Shown here in pieces: positions 19,097 to 28,450 of a DNA stretch of 64,000 nt. Made by a program: the position numbers and the translations under genes. Below the pieces are notes generated by a model. It was not told the DNA's origin, made no database searches, and saw only the letters and a list, made by a program, of their open reading frames with translations. The number at the start of each line of letters is the position of its first letter. Position 1 is the first letter of the stretch. The DNA is from a virus (taxonomy: Duplodnaviria > Heunggongvirae > Uroviricota > Caudoviricetes), in the IMG/VR virus record IMGVR_UViG_3300025133_000025, one strand, 5' to 3'.

Positions 19097-19215
19097 TTTC
19101 GTGCCTTTTAAGCTTCCAGAAGTGTATCTGGATATCACATCCAGAACGTGAAATGGGAGGACCGGTTGGTCACTCCTATCACAAAATTATTAAACAATTT
19201 GATGACCAAACCCAT

Positions 19216-19245
19216 TTTCCGCCATTCCTTTCTCAATGGCAGAAA
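19216..19245. terminator. Possible hairpin downstream of the tail tube gene
   Basis: TTTCCGCCATT (19216-19226) and AATGGCAGAAA (19235-19245), one mismatch. Confidence 0.3.
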
Positions 19246-19326
19246 CGAGGTTATGTCAGGTTGACGTTTGCTTCTGTATAGAGGCGTGACGCGTGGCGCA
19301 GCACAACCACAGACGTACCTTTCTCC

Positions 19327-19812
19327 TTAGAAGTTTAGAATTGCTTTGTCGTATCGAACTTCAATCTCAATGTCTGCAGGATCAGCATTCTCCATATCCA
19401 GGTCACCCCAGTTTGAAGATTTGAACCAGCCTCCAACAAGTGTCCACTCTTCAGCGATACCACCTTCAGGATCAAGCATCTTTACAACCATGTCTTCCTT
19501 ATACGTTGCAGCAAAGCCTGCACGGCCTGTCTGGGGATCGTAAAGGAGCTTAAGCTTGTCATACACTTTCTGCGCAGCAGAGGGCTCTAGAGGATCGTAG
19601 AGTCGGAGTGTAACACTCTGTGGCTCATACTTCCCTGCGAGATACCTTCGCTCATTGAGATAGTGAATTTCAATCTCATTGTTATTTACATTTGGTCTCG
19701 CAAAAGCCTTAAGCGTAAACGCATCGATACCGTCGACCTCAAGGATCCATCGGTTTTTGCGCTTCGGCTCAAACTGATTTGCGAGCATCTCATTTACACT
19801 TAGCTCAGCCAT
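19327..19812 (-). CDS. Tail tube protein (T4 gp19-like)
   Basis: FEPKRKNRWIL, RPNV, YLAGK, LYDP...SAAQ, W.L.G.W...NWGDLD, VRYDKAILNF. Confidence 0.9.
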   Translation of the reverse strand: MAELSVNEMLANQFEPKRKNRWILEVDGIDAFTLKAFARPNVNNNEIEIHYLNERRYLAGKYEPQSVTLRLYDPLEPSAAQKVYDKLKLLYDPQTGRAGFAATYKEDMVVKMLDPEGGIAEEWTLVGGWFKSSNWGDLDMENADPADIEIEVRYDKAILNF

Positions 19813-19842
19813 TTGTTATTCACTCCTGTTGTAAGTAGGACT

Positions 19843-20592
19843 TTAGCCCTGTTGTAGGTAGTTCTTTTCAAGAGTTGCCCACTGTAGGAAAGAGGCCATG
19901 CCAGAAGGGCCGCGGCCGTGGCGGCTTGAAGTGTCTTCGCCACCGTAGTGACCGCCCTTTTCCTTGTAGCCTTCCTTCTTGAACTCCTTGGCCCAACCGA
20001 GCAGCTTCTTCATTGTTCCTGGGCCGCCGGTGAACCATGCTGTTGAATCAATCAGCCCTGTTGTGAATGAACCTTCAACTTCACCGGTCTTTGCGTTCAT
20101 CGCGATGAATACGCTGTGCCAGCCTGGATCCCAGTGATACAGAAGAGTGTAAGTATCACCTGAATACTCGTCCTGCCCCTCAGAGCCTGCCCATAGAATT
20201 GAATCCCTGGGCCAGCCCTTTTCCGTGAGACCCTTGATATATCTCACGCCTTCTTGGCCTACCATGGCATTCCAATCAGGGCCATCGCCGCGTTGGTAGT
20301 TACGCATACCCCCAGTATCATCAGCCCACTTATCATCCAGCTCTGCTGTATAGTCAGCAAGTTCGTCGGGTGGAAGGTCTTTTCCAAGAATCCACGAGAA
20401 TTCTGCACCACCTTCAATATCGTCGCCAATCAAATCAGCAATCTGATCCATCCAGTGCACTTCTGCAGTTTCCAGTGGCTCAACGTCAGGCTCACTTTCA
20501 CTCTCAAGCAGTAGGCTCATCATGCTTGGCAGAGCACGCTCATCAAGTCTTGCAGTAGACTTTCCTGTCAAAAGGTTTTTCATCGTTTGCAT
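19843..20592 (-). CDS. Leader-bearing hypothetical protein
   Basis: ATG at 20592: MQTMKNLLTG...ALPSMMSLLLESE; inserted between sheath and tube genes. Confidence 0.65.
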   Translation of the reverse strand: MQTMKNLLTGKSTARLDERALPSMMSLLLESESEPDVEPLETAEVHWMDQIADLIGDDIEGGAEFSWILGKDLPPDELADYTAELDDKWADDTGGMRNYQRGDGPDWNAMVGQEGVRYIKGLTEKGWPRDSILWAGSEGQDEYSGDTYTLLYHWDPGWHSVFIAMNAKTGEVEGSFTTGLIDSTAWFTGGPGTMKKLLGWAKEFKKEGYKEKGGHYGGEDTSSRHGRGPSGMASFLQWATLEKNYLQQG

Positions 20593-20594
20593 CT

Positions 20595-20744
20595 TTACCA
20601 CTCCACACTCTTGCTACTTGTTGCCAACAGCTCTCGCATGTAGGCATCAATCGATTCATGGTCCTCGCCTGGCTGATCCTTGACGAAAGCAACGGAATCT
20701 CCCGACCCCGCTGCCTCAGTCAGCAATTGTACCATACTCTTCAT
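20595..20744 (-). CDS. Leader-bearing micro-ORF (49 aa)
   Basis: Hand translation MKSMVQLLTEAAGSGDSVAFVKDQPGEDHESIDAYMRELLATSSKSVEW*; SD AAGGGA upstream; fills the gap exactly. Confidence 0.6.
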   Translation of the reverse strand: MKSMVQLLTEAAGSGDSVAFVKDQPGEDHESIDAYMRELLATSSKSVEW

Positions 20745-20754
20745 CAGCTATCCC

Positions 20755-23307
20755 TTACGCAGTGCTTGCGCTGATTGATTCAATCGCAAATTCAGCGCCT
20801 GCCCCTGTAACAACGAATGGAAGCACAATGTATTCTGCAGTTCTGGTCGGCTTAATGAACACAACACCCTTAAGAATATTACGGTCAATCAGGTCGTCAG
20901 TATTCACAGTCTCATCAACAACAACCCTGTAGTCTTCAATGCCGCGATTTGCCTGGACATCACGAAGCAGAGGCTCAATGATTTTTCGGAGGCGTGTGCG
21001 TGTTGCATTATCATTCGGTTCGAACACAAGGAACTGCGCCGCGGACGCAATTGTCTTGCGAAGCTTAAGCAGAAGCCGACGAACGTTAACACGATCAAGA
21101 GCAGATTCAGCGCTTTGCAGCGTCTTCTGGCCCCACACAACCGGACCGTTACCAGAGATGGTAGCAATTGGGTTGATGCGAGCGCGATAGAGACGATCAC
21201 GTTCATCAGTGATGAGGCGCTCCTGTGCCCGTGCAATTCCGAACTGGCGGAGACCGCCTCTGTTCATGCCTGCAGGAGCAAACCATGGCTGCTTAACCTT
21301 ATCATTGAAAGCAATCGCACCCATGACACCAACAGAAGCCGGGACTGGCACGCGGCGCCTGTTTACGGGATCCTGCATAACCAGGTTCGGGTAATAGACT
21401 GCCGTGAAGTTGTCATCAATGTTTCTGTTATCCATAATTGTGATGATGTCATCGACAGAAGAGCCTGACACATCCATTACATAGAATACATCACCTCGGT
21501 CTCGTACAATATCACGCACGTGGTCTGTAACAAGTTCAAGTGCAACACCCGGAACTGCAAGCAGGTTGATGTCAACCTCATCAGGATTTGCCAAGTGATC
21601 GACTGCCTTCTTCAGCGCGATAGTTTCAAGACTATCTGCAGATAGGCTATCTGCTTTAAGATCCTCAAATGGATCAGCCTTTGTAATATCCCAACCATCC
21701 CAGCCACCTGCAAACGTCACAGTGAAGTTTGCAAGCTTCGGAGGAATCTGGAACCCCTGTGTTCCTGTTGAAGAGCCCGACAGTTCTGCGTTAACAGTTG
21801 GGTAAGAGTAGCGTGTAGCTGCTGCCCACCCGTCTGGAAGATAAGATGTCACTCGTAGTCGGGCAGGTGTTAGTGGACCGTTTCCTGCTGAACAACTTAG
21901 ATTGGACAGTGAAAACTCAATGTCCTCTTCATCAATTGCTCCAACTGCTGGAAGATATTCCATCCTTCGCGCCACACCTTCAGCCTGGAAGACCGGATTG
22001 AATGAACCAGTCTTCCAAACTTGGTTTGCAACAACAAGTGATGCATCCCATGAACCAGTTTGCTGATTACCGATCGACACACCCCAGTGAGTCTTACGCT
22101 GGAATCGCTCTGCATGGTCAAACATTGCACGAGTGTATGGAACAGGAAACTCAACCATTTCCAGAGCGCTGTCATTTCCGCCAACGCCACCAGAAGCGTG
22201 AAGATATCCGCGGAAGCCCCATGGTAGTGCTTCTTCAGGTGTTCCTGCTGTTAATGCATCAACAACACGAATGAACTGGCTCTGATTATCATACTCCCCG
22301 ACAAAATCAAACTTTCTTGTTGAGGTATTAAACTCGATCCTCATATCACCAACACGCTTGTAAATGTAGTTAGCAGATGCAGGATCAAGATTTAGATTGT
22401 TAAAGCGCTCAAGCTCAATTGGACTTGTGTCAGTGTCAGCAAAGCGACGAACAACAACATCAAATGTGCCGTAGCGTGTTTCTGACGTATTCGTCGATGG
22501 TCGAATATTTTGAATTGAAACCTTTACATCTCTTGAGGCTGCTCTACCCTGACCTAGAGTGTGGAACTCAAAGAGGTTGTATTCAACACCGGCACCAAAT
22601 ACCTGCGACTTAATCTTTGTAGTTGAACCTGACGTATGGTTTGTTTGCCAGTCTGACGGCATTGTTGCAGCAGAACCCGAGGCGGCGATCGTAACTGACA
22701 CACCTGCGTCAGGTTCAAACCAGTCACCGTAGTCTGCGATAACAACATGGCCAAGCTCAGTGAGCTTACTTGGATCGTAGTTGAGAAGCAAGCGATAACT
22801 ATCAGCAGCACCTGGGGCAACAGACGCTGAGATTGGAGTAATGGCACCATCGGGTGCGGTACCTTCAACAACAAACGTTCCGTCTGTAGCACCATCCTGA
22901 CGGATGACCATACCTGATCCTGAAACCATCAATCTTGCAATTGAAACTGGATTTTCACCTGAAGAGGACATCACAAGGTGCTTCAAGCCCGGCTCATACA
23001 AGCCGCCAGCCTTTAACGTTGTCTGGTCATCTTCGTGGCCCAATACACGCTGGAATGTCACACCTGGTGCATTTAGCAGATGTGAATAAACAGCGTATGG
23101 CGCATCATAATCAGGGTCAAGGTTGCCGAACAGACGAACATACTCGTCGAACGTACCGACTTTAGTCGGAATTGTTGGTCCCTTACCAGAGAGGCCGACG
23201 ATGGCGCCGCCAATTTGGTCAATCTGAGCTGGAAGGACCGTCTGGTCGATTTCGCTCACAAAGACAGCAGGACTTACGAAAGTGCTCTCACCAAATACAG
23301 TTGGCAT
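20755..23307 (-). CDS. Tail sheath protein (T4 gp18-like)
   Basis: SPAVFVSEIDQT, GLSGKGP, INLLAVPG, PWFAPAGMNRG, VVWGQKTLQ, LDRVNVRRLL, KPTRTAEYI. Confidence 0.95.
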   Translation of the reverse strand: MPTVFGESTFVSPAVFVSEIDQTVLPAQIDQIGGAIVGLSGKGPTIPTKVGTFDEYVRLFGNLDPDYDAPYAVYSHLLNAPGVTFQRVLGHEDDQTTLKAGGLYEPGLKHLVMSSSGENPVSIARLMVSGSGMVIRQDGATDGTFVVEGTAPDGAITPISASVAPGAADSYRLLLNYDPSKLTELGHVVIADYGDWFEPDAGVSVTIAASGSAATMPSDWQTNHTSGSTTKIKSQVFGAGVEYNLFEFHTLGQGRAASRDVKVSIQNIRPSTNTSETRYGTFDVVVRRFADTDTSPIELERFNNLNLDPASANYIYKRVGDMRIEFNTSTRKFDFVGEYDNQSQFIRVVDALTAGTPEEALPWGFRGYLHASGGVGGNDSALEMVEFPVPYTRAMFDHAERFQRKTHWGVSIGNQQTGSWDASLVVANQVWKTGSFNPVFQAEGVARRMEYLPAVGAIDEEDIEFSLSNLSCSAGNGPLTPARLRVTSYLPDGWAAATRYSYPTVNAELSGSSTGTQGFQIPPKLANFTVTFAGGWDGWDITKADPFEDLKADSLSADSLETIALKKAVDHLANPDEVDINLLAVPGVALELVTDHVRDIVRDRGDVFYVMDVSGSSVDDIITIMDNRNIDDNFTAVYYPNLVMQDPVNRRRVPVPASVGVMGAIAFNDKVKQPWFAPAGMNRGGLRQFGIARAQERLITDERDRLYRARINPIATISGNGPVVWGQKTLQSAESALDRVNVRRLLLKLRKTIASAAQFLVFEPNDNATRTRLRKIIEPLLRDVQANRGIEDYRVVVDETVNTDDLIDRNILKGVVFIKPTRTAEYIVLPFVVTGAGAEFAIESISASTA

Positions 23308-23371
23308 AGATCAGTTCTCCTATGCAGAATTCTATAACTAACTATCGTATAGCAAAGGCAAATGTGTTTTT

Positions 23372-24265
23372 TTAGCGTGGTGTATTTAGCAGTCTTGCCT
23401 TAAGACGCGGATTAACGTTTAAGCCGTCAAGAATTTCAATCAATGCAGCTTCTGAAACTACACCTTCTTTGACAGCAAATTTAATCTGCGCAGGCGTCTG
23501 TAATACTCGCTTAACACTTTTTCCAGTGCCACCAATATCTGCGTGTGTGTAGGTTGTGTCACTATCTGGATTAAGTACCAGTGAGACATTAGCCGTATAC
23601 GTCATTGTATAACGAATGATTCGTTCATCATCTGTGAATTCCTCAAAATTGTCTGAGGCTGACACATTTGGATCAAGATTCGCGACACAATAGAAACCAT
23701 CGGCCATTTGTAGCTTAAACGTGTCTCCGTAATCAAAATTGTTAAAGATTTTCTCAAGAATGATGTTCATGTGTGTCTGGTATTGCGTCCAGATTTTCAC
23801 ATCATATACAACCCTAATGGGATCAGGGTGCGGAATTGTGCGCACATCAAAAATGGGTGCCACTTGCTGTTGGTTATTTAACGGGAAGCTTCTATTTTCG
23901 ACACTGTTTCGAAGTAGTGGTGTCTTTCTATTAATTTCTTTCACAACAGTAATATGCGGTGATTCATTTGCGACAACAGCTTGTGATGGTGGGACGCGGC
24001 GATCAATGGCTGTTCTGCGGACTGTTATAACAGGTAGAATGAGTGCGCCATTATCATCACGAGGCACCTTTCTATCTCTTACCATTGCCCAACGTTCACC
24101 AGTCGCCATAATAACTGAAAACGGACGAGTTCCCCCATCATCTGTAACTGCAACATTCAGGCGGTCACGAAAAAGCTGCACCATTGCCCTATCAACATCT
24201 TCAAGCCGTTGAAGCGATACTGGTAGTTCTACAATTTCTTCTTGAACATTCGCGCCTGTTGTCAC
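23372..24265 (-). CDS. Tail completion / terminator protein (gp15-like)
   Basis: EDVDRAM, ERWAMVR...RDDNGALILPVITVRRT, PDPIRVVYDVKIWT; position between neck and sheath genes. Confidence 0.65.
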   Translation of the reverse strand: MTTGANVQEEIVELPVSLQRLEDVDRAMVQLFRDRLNVAVTDDGGTRPFSVIMATGERWAMVRDRKVPRDDNGALILPVITVRRTAIDRRVPPSQAVVANESPHITVVKEINRKTPLLRNSVENRSFPLNNQQQVAPIFDVRTIPHPDPIRVVYDVKIWTQYQTHMNIILEKIFNNFDYGDTFKLQMADGFYCVANLDPNVSASDNFEEFTDDERIIRYTMTYTANVSLVLNPDSDTTYTHADIGGTGKSVKRVLQTPAQIKFAVKEGVVSEAALIEILDGLNVNPRLKARLLNTPR

Positions 24266-24993
24266 TTCTTACTCCAGTCCTTTCTTGCATCATGCTTAGC
24301 AAGGAAGCTTTTTAAGTAGTCGACTTGAATAATATATGCCAACTCTCCGATGTGTCTATCAACAGCAAAAACTATGCCTGCGATGCGTCCACCGCAAATG
24401 ACACCAGCTCCTGACCAGCCACCTGTTAAATCTGCAGTAACTTCCCAAACTGCGTCTTTAATTGGGCTTCTTGCAAAGGGTACAATGGTTGGACCGTTAA
24501 GTAGAAGTGTGTCATGTGTTGGCCATGCTTGAGGACCATATCTGCGGCCCGGGGCGCCAACAATCGCGCATTTTGTTCCAGCGGTAGGCATGCTATTTGC
24601 AACATCTATAGATCGTATTGTACCCTTAACATCAATGACACAGAGATCAGTTGAATGATCCAGTGCAATGACACGACCCTCCATTATATTTCTTCCATGT
24701 GTTGTCACAGTTGCCCTAACAAAAACAGCAGCTGGACCCAAATCACAAACATGCGCTGCTGTCAAGACGCGTGTCTTTCCCCCGACTGTATGGATTGCTG
24801 TTCCTGAGCCTCCGCCACCGATTCGCTGGAAATCACCAACAGGCGTAGGCGCAAGACCAGTGATGTGTACCATCACAGCTGACTGGATTGCCCAGCGCAT
24901 ATCCATTGATGGAGGTGATGATAAAACTGCTGTAGGTGTGAGCACAAGCGCCACTGCTATGGCAAATGAAAGGAAATGTTTGAGAATGTTCAT
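24262..24993 (-). CDS. Exported trypsin-like serine protease
   Basis: N-terminal signal-like hydrophobic segment; GSG, LTAAHVC (His), TDLCVI (Asp), GGWSGAGV (Ser). Confidence 0.8.
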   Translation of the reverse strand: MNILKHFLSFAIAVALVLTPTAVLSSPPSMDMRWAIQSAVMVHITGLAPTPVGDFQRIGGGGSGTAIHTVGGKTRVLTAAHVCDLGPAAVFVRATVTTHGRNIMEGRVIALDHSTDLCVIDVKGTIRSIDVANSMPTAGTKCAIVGAPGRRYGPQAWPTHDTLLLNGPTIVPFARSPIKDAVWEVTADLTGGWSGAGVICGGRIAGIVFAVDRHIGELAYIIQVDYLKSFLAKHDARKDWSKK

Positions 24994-25907
24994 TCAGTTG
25001 GTGCCTCGTAGGGAAGTGCGTAAGCGATTAAGATTGTATCTTCATAATCTGTTGCAACGTCAAAAGTAATTGCGTTGACTGACATGTCGTATGTCCACTC
25101 AGCGTTGGGAACACCATTCACTGTCGTAATGACTGTTGTGACATCAGGTATGTAATCTAAGACAAATTGCTCTGTTAAGTCTGTTTGTGTTGCAAGGTTT
25201 TGAACAGCAAGGCCCCAATCATCGCAAAAATCAATAGCCAGGCCGCCGCTGTCATTTGCAGCCTCTACATACTCATCACCTGAGTACCATACACTACTGC
25301 AGGGAACGCCTGGAAGTCCAACAATAGCAGAGAATGATGATTCATGAAATCCATCAAGCCAATCAACAAACTCAGGAGCATCAATGGTTGATGAATCATC
25401 TTCATCTGACACCACAACTAGTTGTGTGTATGCATCATCGCGCATCCAAGTACTTGCGTATGTTCCGTGATCAATATACTCCATGATTGCTTCAAAGCCC
25501 TTTTCCTGCTGTGGTTCGCCGATTGCAATATAAGCATCCCAGACATCATCGCTTGTGCTGAAAGGGTTGAGTGGAAATCTGTCATTATCAACAGACTCAT
25601 TGGGATCAGTTGAGATTATCGTCAACCTCCAGTCTTCGCCTGGCGGCAGCGCAGTCATCATGGCATTAATGCCTGCCACAATTCTATTATCATCATCCCA
25701 CATTGAACCACTGCGATCAATGGCCCAAATAATGTCCGTCCCATCAACAAATGCTGGTTGTTCCCAGATTTGCACATGGACTTCTGGAGAACCTGGCGGT
25801 AAATAGATAGTATCTGTTACATAGCGACCGATTGAAACGTCGCTACAGCCTGCAAGTAAAATGAAAATTGCAGTGAAAAAAATGGAAAATGCTTTGCGCC
25901 CGGACAT
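24990..25907 (-). CDS. vWA-domain lipoprotein
   Basis: Signal peptide with lipobox LLAG/C; MIDAS DRSGS; VVVSDEDDSS; C-terminal VNG...WTYD...ITF module. Confidence 0.75.
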   Translation of the reverse strand: MSGRKAFSIFFTAIFILLAGCSDVSIGRYVTDTIYLPPGSPEVHVQIWEQPAFVDGTDIIWAIDRSGSMWDDDNRIVAGINAMMTALPPGEDWRLTIISTDPNESVDNDRFPLNPFSTSDDVWDAYIAIGEPQQEKGFEAIMEYIDHGTYASTWMRDDAYTQLVVVSDEDDSSTIDAPEFVDWLDGFHESSFSAIVGLPGVPCSSVWYSGDEYVEAANDSGGLAIDFCDDWGLAVQNLATQTDLTEQFVLDYIPDVTTVITTVNGVPNAEWTYDMSVNAITFDVATDYEDTILIAYALPYEAPTE

Positions 25908-25993
25908 ACCTATACTCCCGGAGGGTCGAGTTCGTTCTCTTTTTTTACCTCATATTTTAACTATACAGCGCAGCTTAAACTTAGTAACTCTGT

Positions 25994-26530
25994 TTAGTCG
26001 TAGTATGGACTGTCATAATCACCACCTGTAATTCCCGGGCGATTATTTCGAGCAAGACCCTGTGCATTTGCTGGACGCACAAAGCGGGGGTCAAATGAGC
26101 CCTTGCGTGCTGTCTGGCAAATGCATTTAGTCATAATGGGATATTCAACCATACCGTGAAGGTGCTGGTCTTCTTTAGATTCAAGAATCTCGTAAACAAC
26201 TGGGCCATAAATAACAAAGTCGCCTGTGCGAACTTTGATATTCCGCTGTCTTAATTCGTCGTTGTGATAATAGACTTCGATTCTGTGGATTCTATCTGGT
26301 CCAGCGTCTGTTGTCGATTGTCTTGGCTCTTCAAAGAAGACCAGAGCGTTGATAGACGCAGGCGGAAGATAAACTTTGCGAGTTGACTCATTATAAATAT
26401 CATGTGTTTTTGTATGCTCCCTGCTGATTCCGCAGTAGAATGTTTGTTGCCCGGCGACTTTCTGTACAATTTCGCGAGTCAACTCATTCACCATGAGCCT
26501 TTCTTCTTCAGATGTAAATAATCGTGCCAT
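25994..26530 (-). CDS. Neck / head-closure protein (gp14-like)
   Basis: ELTREIVQKVAGQ..FY, HDIYNES..KVY, L...NIKVRTGDFVIY...YEI; adjacent to the gp13-like gene. Confidence 0.7.
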   Translation of the reverse strand: MARLFTSEEERLMVNELTREIVQKVAGQQTFYCGISREHTKTHDIYNESTRKVYLPPASINALVFFEEPRQSTTDAGPDRIHRIEVYYHNDELRQRNIKVRTGDFVIYGPVVYEILESKEDQHLHGMVEYPIMTKCICQTARKGSFDPRFVRPANAQGLARNNRPGITGGDYDSPYYD

Positions 26531-26554
26531 TATAGTGTAAGTAGCTCAGTCAAA

Positions 26555-27769
26555 TTATCCCATTACAATTAGAAGTGGAGTTCGCTTGTAAACATCTTCG
26601 AGCGCTTGCGCCTTATCAGCTTCTCTGGCGATAATCTTATCGTAAGTTGTATCTTCCATTAGATCTTTGAGCTCGTCTTTAAGTTGTGATTGCATATCAC
26701 GACCTTCCTGGACAAGATCTGGACCATTAAGCGTTACGTCAGCATTTGGAATAGGAATTGAGGTAAACTTACTTCTTACCTGCCCGAGCATCTCTTTGCA
26801 GAGCTCAACTGTGTAGCGCCTGATCCACTGGCGGCCGATGCCATTGATTGTGTTGTATGAGATATTGCCGAAGGGAACGTTTCCAATGTTAGCAACGCCG
26901 TCAATCCTGCTTGTATTGATGTTTGTAGTTGTATATGGCTCTGAGTTTGCGCCTGACGTTGGTCCTGGAGTCACAGTGTAGTGCACCCAGAGCTTACGCC
27001 CATTATCATTTGCAGTTGGTGATGGGAAGATGCGAACAACATTCTCACCAAAGAAGTCATACGAAAAGTTTGACCTTCGTACACGCTGGTTCATTTCAAG
27101 CATGCCCGCACGAAGTACATCTTCCCAAATCGGTAAGAGATAGAAAGCTGTTTCAGGTGTGAACGATTCGAACTTGAACTCGTTGTTGAGATAGTTCAGG
27201 TATGATGTTTGGTTGAAGAAACGATATGCTGCTGCTGGCTCTGTGTGGAAGACCTTTTTAATCTTAACCCTGCCCGTCGCTTCGCCATGAAGGTTCGAAG
27301 CGCTAAGTAGCGACGCAAAATCATATTCTTGCTTATTCGCAACAAGAACAACAGAGCCAGAATAAACACGTTTAGAACCTCCCATTCCAAGATGTTCGGC
27401 GATTGCGTCTGCCTCATTCTCTGCCCACGCCATGCTGTTATTTGGAAACTTTTGCGTTCCATCAACACTACCCGAGACAGTTCCGTGAGCATCATAGGAG
27501 CCAGTTTGGCTTCCCATCAAATCTGCAAGGGCTGATTTAGCTTGGTAACTATTTACAAGCGCACCGTATTCAAGTGCAGCTTCTTCCATGGATGAAAAGA
27601 CATCAGCAGGTAGCAGTTCAACTTGAAGAATTGAGCCTCCCAACTTCTTATTTACAAAAGCTGGCATGGCTGCAGCTGCAGTTAAAAACTGTAGGTCAGT
27701 ATCATAGATCCCAAAGCTTGTTGAACCAATTACCTGCGCTGGAAGGAATGTAGAATTGTCTAAGCCCAT
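26555..27769 (-). CDS. Neck / head-tail adaptor protein (gp13-like)
   Basis: KLGGSILQVEL, QWIRRYTVELCKEMLGQVRSKF..IPIPNADVTLNG; strong SD AGGAGG. Confidence 0.8.
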   Translation of the reverse strand: MGLDNSTFLPAQVIGSTSFGIYDTDLQFLTAAAAMPAFVNKKLGGSILQVELLPADVFSSMEEAALEYGALVNSYQAKSALADLMGSQTGSYDAHGTVSGSVDGTQKFPNNSMAWAENEADAIAEHLGMGGSKRVYSGSVVLVANKQEYDFASLLSASNLHGEATGRVKIKKVFHTEPAAAYRFFNQTSYLNYLNNEFKFESFTPETAFYLLPIWEDVLRAGMLEMNQRVRRSNFSYDFFGENVVRIFPSPTANDNGRKLWVHYTVTPGPTSGANSEPYTTTNINTSRIDGVANIGNVPFGNISYNTINGIGRQWIRRYTVELCKEMLGQVRSKFTSIPIPNADVTLNGPDLVQEGRDMQSQLKDELKDLMEDTTYDKIIAREADKAQALEDVYKRTPLLIVMG

Positions 27770-28299
27770 TGCGCCCTCCTACGGTGCATGTCATCAATAT
27801 ATCTAGCTCAAACTATGCTTCATATGCTTTTAAGAATGGGCAAAATAGCTGGCAGTCTCCTAATTACAATAGTATGGGTTTTGCTACTGACATCTACGTT
27901 AAAGCAATCTCTTTTTCAATAGTTGATACAAATGCAGTCTTGAGTAAATTTGGCAATATTGCTGCATTATCAAACGGTGTAGAATTTACATGGGTTACAG
28001 ATTCGAATGGCAGTATTACACTGCATGAAGGCTTAAAAACAAATTTTGATTTTATTAGACTTGCTCATGGCAATCCACCATTCGGTGATGGAGCAACAGC
28101 ATTTAGAGCAAGTAATGTTAGCGGAACGTCTGAGGGATATATCCCAGTTCTTGATACAGCGTTGACATACGGGCTGCAGTGGGGTCTTCGGCTCCGTGCC
28201 AGCACAAACGATAAGATTGTTTTTAAAGCTAGAGATGATGTCTCAAGTATCGATGTGTTTAATATTGTTGCAACTGGCATCCTGGTCGCACAGACATAA
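27769..28299 (+). CDS. Hypothetical beta-rich protein; the only credible plus-strand gene; start uncertain
   Basis: Natural-looking protein text (FGNIAALSNGV...LKTNFDFIRL...GYIPVLD...GLRL). The TTG start overlaps the neck gene ATG and SD; first in-frame ATG is at 27874. Confidence 0.55.
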   Translation: MRPPTVHVINISSSNYASYAFKNGQNSWQSPNYNSMGFATDIYVKAISFSIVDTNAVLSKFGNIAALSNGVEFTWVTDSNGSITLHEGLKTNFDFIRLAHGNPPFGDGATAFRASNVSGTSEGYIPVLDTALTYGLQWGLRLRASTNDKIVFKARDDVSSIDVFNIVATGILVAQT

Positions 28300-28450
28300 T
28301 TTCTCAAAATAGTTTTAGTACACAAATTGTATTGATTCATACCCATCATGGAGTGCCCTAAAACCCATTTAAGGCATCCGGAAGTGTGTCTGGACGTCAT
28401 TTTCTGTTATAGTAATACGATTACTGGATATGCATTCATATCATTCTCCA

